Positions 59,794-64,000 of a stretch of DNA of 64,000 nucleotides are shown piece by piece. The position numbers and the translations under genes are program-made. Every line of letters starts with the position of its first letter. Position 1 is the first letter of the stretch. Source of the stretch: Candidatus Thorarchaeota archaeon (GTDB lineage: Archaea > Asgardarchaeota > Thorarchaeia > Thorarchaeales > Thorarchaeaceae); the NCBI GenBank assembly GCA_019057475.1, contig DXJO01000028.1:34271-98270 (forward strand), in the 5' to 3' direction. The notes under the pieces were generated by a model, which saw only the letters and a list, made by a program, of their open reading frames with translations, was not told the DNA's origin and searched no databases.

Positions 59794-60037
59794 CTGTTCT
59801 CATACTCATTCACGTGATATTAGAAAGACTACTAAAATCCAGATACGAGGATATCAAGCACCTCTTTGATATCGAAAACAAATGGAATAAGGAAAGTGAT
59901 CGTCGTGCTAAAGATCCAGAATCTGTGAAGAACGAGGATGCTCCCACGGATAACAAATGGTTCTGATATAGAACTGATTTCTCCATCTCTTGCACCTAGT
60001 GCTATGGAGAAGACTGAATGCCCAATGCAGACAAGCT

Positions 60038-60110
60038 TTGCCGATATCATTAAAATCCAAAGCGCTGTGCTTCACTTTAGCTGAGCCGGTTTGGCGGAGT
60101 AGCTTGCGAT
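60038..60110 (+). pseudogene. Displaced copy of tRNA-Cys promoter and 5' half
   Basis: TTGCCGATATCATTAAAATCCA (21/22 identical to 62225-62246), then GCCGGTTTGGCGGAG identical to the tRNA 5' end. Confidence 0.8.
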
Positions 60111-60254
60111 TCTTCCTCGTAGAACAAGAATGAGAAAGCATTTTCAAGAAAGACTCAATTGAATCTCATAACGGTTCGAGTCGGTATTGATTTAAGCCCC
60201 GTATGAGATTGCTTCTGTGCATCTTCTTGAAAGAGGAGATGAGTTGGTGTTAGG

Positions 60255-60635
60255 ATGGAGATAAAGACAACAACAAAGTATACGTTCTTGATTAATTTCC
60301 TGATAGGTATCTTCTTTGGATTCTCTATGCTTGTGATTCCAGAGATGTACTTCGATCTCACAGGCTGGCTCGAAGAGCTATATCTAGCTCGAGTTGTAGG
60401 ACCATTCTTTATGGCTATTGCGATTGGTGCTCTGCTTGCCTTTAGGGAATCAGATTGGGAACGCGTTGAGATATTCGTCTATATGAACGTGATATTGAAT
60501 TTCCTTGGTCTTGTGGGATCCGTATGGAGCATGCTCATTATGACTCTGCCAGTCATGGGCTGGGCCTACACAGGTATATGGGCATTTTTGCTTCTGTTGT
60601 ACTTCTACGTATACTACGTACAGAAGATGAAGTGA
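60255..60635 (+). CDS. 4-TM small membrane protein
   Basis: Paralogue of 63279..63665 (LTGW, LA.R...W..VE..V.M). Confidence 0.8.
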   Translation: MEIKTTTKYTFLINFLIGIFFGFSMLVIPEMYFDLTGWLEELYLARVVGPFFMAIAIGALLAFRESDWERVEIFVYMNVILNFLGLVGSVWSMLIMTLPVMGWAYTGIWAFLLLLYFYVYYVQKMK

Positions 60636-61031
60636 ATCCATTAGCGTTCTGTGTTGGAATAATGTAGGCGTAGAATGTGAGGCTGTGTGTGTGCGACACA
60701 TAGTGCTTACTCTACTAGGGTTTTTCCAAGACGCATCACAGGCAAAATAGTAAGTGAGGGGATATTTCCCCATCACTTTTTTTCTGGAGCTATAATATTA
60801 TGTGCCATTTTTGCCGAGATTCGGGCAAAGTTTTAAGGATACTGCAGGATGTGAAAATATAGAAATGAATGAGACATATCGTAAGTTTCACAGGAAAGCC
60901 TGTAGACATCTATCACCTGCAGTAAGAGGAAAGATAGAGCGATGGTTAGAGCTCTATGGTAGGATAGAGCTCTATGGTAGATTTCCTCGATTATCTATTA
61001 ATAAGGGTTGTGCAAGAACCCTGCACAATCG

Positions 61032-61877
61032 CTAGAGTTCAGGTGGTCCCTGCTTGACTCGTTTCATCATATCTTTAGGAGTCTTTCCCCAATCTATGAG
61101 ATACTCTAGCCACCAAGTCATTCCTGCATCAGCGCATGGTTGAAGCTTCTCAGAGTCTGCTTTCCTGTCATTGCCTGAAGTATTACCTGAAACCACAATA
61201 TCATAGTTCAGGAGATTACCTCGTTCCTTCTCTATGATTGAGAGTGACTCTTTCATTCCCTCAATGGTCAGCCCATCTTCCCCGTCCGCAAGAGGAAATA
61301 CTCCATCATATCGTGCTGCTCTTTTGAAAGGTGCTTTCTTTGGCCAATAGCCTGCAACCCAGATTGGTATCTTCTTCTGGATCGGTTTTGGGAGAAATGT
61401 CACTTCCTTCTGCTGATAGTACTCTCCCTCAAAAGAGAATGGTTCACCACTCCAGAGACCTGTAAGGACTTCGAGCCCTTCGTCTAACATCTTTGCTCGA
61501 ACTTTTGGATCAGAGGTTTCGCCAAAGTGATCGAACTCCTGTGAGGAACCTCCAAGACCTACACCCATGATTAATCGACCGTTTGAGAGGTGATCAAGTG
61601 AAGCAGTTTCTCTTGCAAGTTTTGATGGTCTCCTACGGGGAATTGGTGTGACCATAGGACCTATCATAATCTCTTCAGTTTTAGCAGCAACAGCAGCCAT
61701 TACAATCCATGGATCTACAACTCCCATAGTACCTTCCCAGCATGCCCAGATGTGGTCCCATATGAAGAATCCATCCCACCCTGCATCTTCTGCTGCCAAT
61801 GCAAGGTCTACATGAAAATCTATTCCCTTGCTTCCATTTCCATAAAGGAAACAATATGGGTATATACCATACTTCAT
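61032..61877 (-). CDS. LLM-class (luciferase-like) flavin/F420-dependent oxidoreductase
   Basis: AEDAGWDGFFIWDH, DPW, RRRP.KLARE.ASLDHLSNGR, IPIWVAG. Confidence 0.9.
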   Translation of the reverse strand: MKYGIYPYCFLYGNGSKGIDFHVDLALAAEDAGWDGFFIWDHIWACWEGTMGVVDPWIVMAAVAAKTEEIMIGPMVTPIPRRRPSKLARETASLDHLSNGRLIMGVGLGGSSQEFDHFGETSDPKVRAKMLDEGLEVLTGLWSGEPFSFEGEYYQQKEVTFLPKPIQKKIPIWVAGYWPKKAPFKRAARYDGVFPLADGEDGLTIEGMKESLSIIEKERGNLLNYDIVVSGNTSGNDRKADSEKLQPCADAGMTWWLEYLIDWGKTPKDMMKRVKQGPPEL

Positions 61878-62224
61878 TTTACATAACCTCTGAAAATTGA
61901 TAGCTATAATCCCTGCTTTACTACTATTTAGCAGTTCCACTCATTTACTCCGAGTGAAGATTATCCACATCCTTCTACCGACGTTTGAGAATAATGACAA
62001 AAATGACTATGAGAATTCCCGTGGTTCCGATAATAACAGATGTATATAGATTAAGAGGTGTTTCCACATCTGTGGTGTTCATTGAGGTTCCAGTGACGTC
62101 TATGATGATTACACTGAGGAACTCTAGGCAAAATTTGCAGATTTCTTTAATACTATATGCAGCAACCCTAAAACTTGATGTGGGTATAGTATTTCTGCAG
62201 TATCCTTACAAACTGCACGACTTC

Positions 62225-62246
62225 TTGCCGATATCCTTAAAATCCA
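62225..62246 (+). promoter_or_regulatory. Probable BRE/TATA promoter of tRNA-Cys
   Basis: CCGATATCCTTAAAA; the motif ends 24 nt before the mature 5' end; conserved in the second copy. Confidence 0.65.
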
Positions 62247-62270
62247 GTCAGGGGTGGAACTGCATGGCAA

Positions 62271-62345
62271 GCCGGTTTGGCGGAGCAGTTACGCGATGGA
62301 TTGCAGATCCATTCTACTTGGGTGCAAATCCCAAAGCCGGCTCCA
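62271..62345 (+). tRNA. tRNA-Cys (GCA), intronless, CCA encoded
   Basis: Acceptor GCCGGTT/AGCCGGC, anticodon arm ATGGA-TTGCAGA-TCCAT, T arm TTGGG-TGCAAAT-CCCAA, discriminator T then CCA. Confidence 0.95.
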
Positions 62346-62389
62346 CTTCTTTTCGGTGAGCAAATCTTTAATCGCAATATCTGGTTGCG

Positions 62390-63130
62390 ATGACTATGCC
62401 TCATAGACCATTGAAGGGTTACTCAGCAATCTCATTCGATATAGGTGGCACATTGATCAAACCTTTCATTCTCCCTGTCTTTGAAGTCCACAAGAAATTC
62501 ATCCACCAGGTGTGTGGTGATGAATGTAGCTTCTCTGATGAGGAGATTGCAGACGCAATCGATGTGGCCGAAAAAGAAGTATGGGAACTAGTGCCAGAAA
62601 AGGATGTCAACTATTTCTTTTCAAATGAGGATTGGACAAAGCGCAATCGCGTTATCCTGAGAACCCTTGGAATTACTGAAATGCTGGATGAACGTGCTAG
62701 CCATATGCAGACGCTGTGGACGGAGATTCTTGCGGCCAATCCCCACAAATTGAAACCTGATGCAAAAGAAGTTCTCGAACAACTGAAACAACGTGGATAT
62801 ACTCTGGCTATCTCTACCAACTGGTATGATCCGCGTGAGCTCCTCACTTCCTATGGAATCTATGATATGTTTCAGAGCATCCAATTCAGCATCGTTCCAG
62901 GTTATTGTAAACCTGCTCCATACATGTTGATACAAAACGCCCGTGAGATGGGTGTCAATCCGTTAAAGTGTGCCTTTATTGGTGACGACATCAAGCGGGA
63001 TATTCCAGCCGCCAAGAGTGCAGGGATGCATCCCATCTTGATTGTCAATGAGGGCAAAGAGATAACCCCCGGTGATGACGGCTTGACAGTCATTCACGAA
63101 CTGAATGAGCTGCTAGAATTGTTTGATTGA
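62390..63130 (+). CDS. HAD-superfamily hydrolase
   Basis: FDIGGTL, STN, KP.P, FIGDD...DI..AK.AGM. Confidence 0.9.
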   Translation: MTMPHRPLKGYSAISFDIGGTLIKPFILPVFEVHKKFIHQVCGDECSFSDEEIADAIDVAEKEVWELVPEKDVNYFFSNEDWTKRNRVILRTLGITEMLDERASHMQTLWTEILAANPHKLKPDAKEVLEQLKQRGYTLAISTNWYDPRELLTSYGIYDMFQSIQFSIVPGYCKPAPYMLIQNAREMGVNPLKCAFIGDDIKRDIPAAKSAGMHPILIVNEGKEITPGDDGLTVIHELNELLELFD

Positions 63131-63278
63131 ACTGCCAAATCATTCCTCACGTGTGCACTAGTCGCTGTTCATAAGAAAGGAGAAAATAACGCATTCATCG
63201 TCCATACGGTCGTTTACACAAAGGATTCATAAGAAAGCTCAACCCCAATTAGAGGGATTTTCAAGGGAGTGACATAAA

Positions 63279-63665
63279 ATGAGCGAAAATATCAGTAATA
63301 TTGCTAGGTATGTTTTTCTGCTGGCCTTCATTGTTGACTTGATTTTCGGAGTGTGGTATTTCATATCTCCTGAATCATGGACCGCTTTAACCGGATGGCC
63401 GACTGAAACAGCTTCTGGTCGTATGCTGGGTGTTGCTATCATTATGCTCGCAGTTGGTTCTATCTTGGCCTATCGAGCGACTTCGTGGGGGCAGGTAGAG
63501 CTCTATGTTATGATGGAGATCGTCTGGAATCTCCTAGGTGTCATAGGCATGATCTGGAACTACGCGACAATGACCCTTCCTATCGCTGGGTGGTTCATGA
63601 CCGGCCTTCTGGCGCTATTCCTGCTTCTGTTTGTGTATGTATATTATCAGGCCAAACAGACTTGA
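63279..63665 (+). CDS. 4-TM small membrane protein
   Basis: Paralogue of 60255..60635. Confidence 0.8.
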   Translation: MSENISNIARYVFLLAFIVDLIFGVWYFISPESWTALTGWPTETASGRMLGVAIIMLAVGSILAYRATSWGQVELYVMMEIVWNLLGVIGMIWNYATMTLPIAGWFMTGLLALFLLLFVYVYYQAKQT

Positions 63666-63849
63666 GCGAGACGAGAACACCTCGTCGAACAGACTAGGCG
63701 GAGGAAGACTACTCTCAGCCCCTTAGGTAACGACAGCGCCCTTAGCTGGGTGCTTGCGTTACCCGGGGGATGATTTGTAGTGGAGGTTAGGCTTAAGCGA
63801 CATGAACAAGAGCGATTGCCTTGGTAAATGACTGCCTAGGTCTACCCAA

Positions 63850-64000
63850 CCGTTGCCCGAAACCTAGACAATCCTGGACACCAAGGTCATGAACTGATGT
63901 TCGGTTCCTGCTTCATCGAGGTTGCTTTTTGTTAATTCTGAAGAATTAACTGAAAGTCTTACGTCCTCTCCACGGGCATTTTACGTCCCCGGCCAACTGA
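63850..64000 (-). mobile_element. tnpB: 3' end of tnpB / omegaRNA scaffold and right end of an IS607- (or IS605-) family element, truncated by the window
   Basis: Minus strand AGTTGGCCGGGGACGTAAAATGCCCGTGGAGAGGACGTAAGAC...GCAACCTCGATGAAGCAGGAA...GTCTAGGTTTCGGGCAACGG; one frame reads SWPGT*NARGEDVR, typical of TnpB tails. Confidence 0.7.

Noticed and set aside
59751-59966. Short charged ORF after the SRPBCC-like gene
   Set aside because: No clear start or recognisable motif
60935-60980. TAGAGCTCTATGGTAG repeated with 18-nt period; possible mini-CRISPR
   Set aside because: Only two exact copies with no spacers; a simple tandem duplication
25284-62345. cysS and tRNA-Cys in the same window as a functional cluster
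   Set aside because: They are about 35 kb apart with unrelated genes between
63168-63237. 12-bp direct repeat TTCATAAGAAAG upstream of the 63279 gene
   Set aside because: AT-rich, two copies only; may be promoter sequence but unsupported
63690-63850. RNase P RNA, SRP RNA or group I intron
   Set aside because: GAGGAAGAC only loosely resembles the RNase P P4 strand; no 3' P4 partner, SRP helix 8 motif or convincing P7 pairing seen

Overview
Archaeal chromosomal segment, most likely from an Asgard archaeon (Thorarchaeia-like). This assignment is an inference from the TFB, the archaeal GGPP synthase, GGAGGTG-type Shine-Dalgarno sites, the expanded HdrA/MvhD set and an LRR protein. From left to right the window holds: a heterodisulfide-reductase cluster (HdrB, three HdrA paralogues including an HdrA-MvhD fusion and an HdrL-type protein, and a ferredoxin-MvhD fusion); a macrodomain pair divergent from a Nudix hydrolase; TFB; a feo operon with split FeoB, a DtxR-family repressor and two visible operators, divergent from a LarA-family gene; cysS; a Cys-rich PadR divergent from arsM with two palindromic operators; GH3 and GGPP synthase; an AT-richer accessory patch (about 31.8-41.5 kb) with MDR oxidoreductase paralogues and fragments; an ABC exporter; GH38; a B12-radical SAM; an LRR-MoxR-vWA operon; tRNA-Cys plus a displaced promoter and 5'-tRNA copy 2.2 kb upstream; and the tnpB tail/omegaRNA/right end of an IS607- or IS605-like element at the window edge. 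The most interesting leads are the duplicated tRNA-Cys promoter and 5' half, recurrent 5'-gene-fragment scars, the PadR/ArsM arsenic switch, the LRR-MoxR-vWA operon, and an IS end whose flank is complementary to the element itself. All calls come from reading the sequence and recognising motifs; no searches were run.
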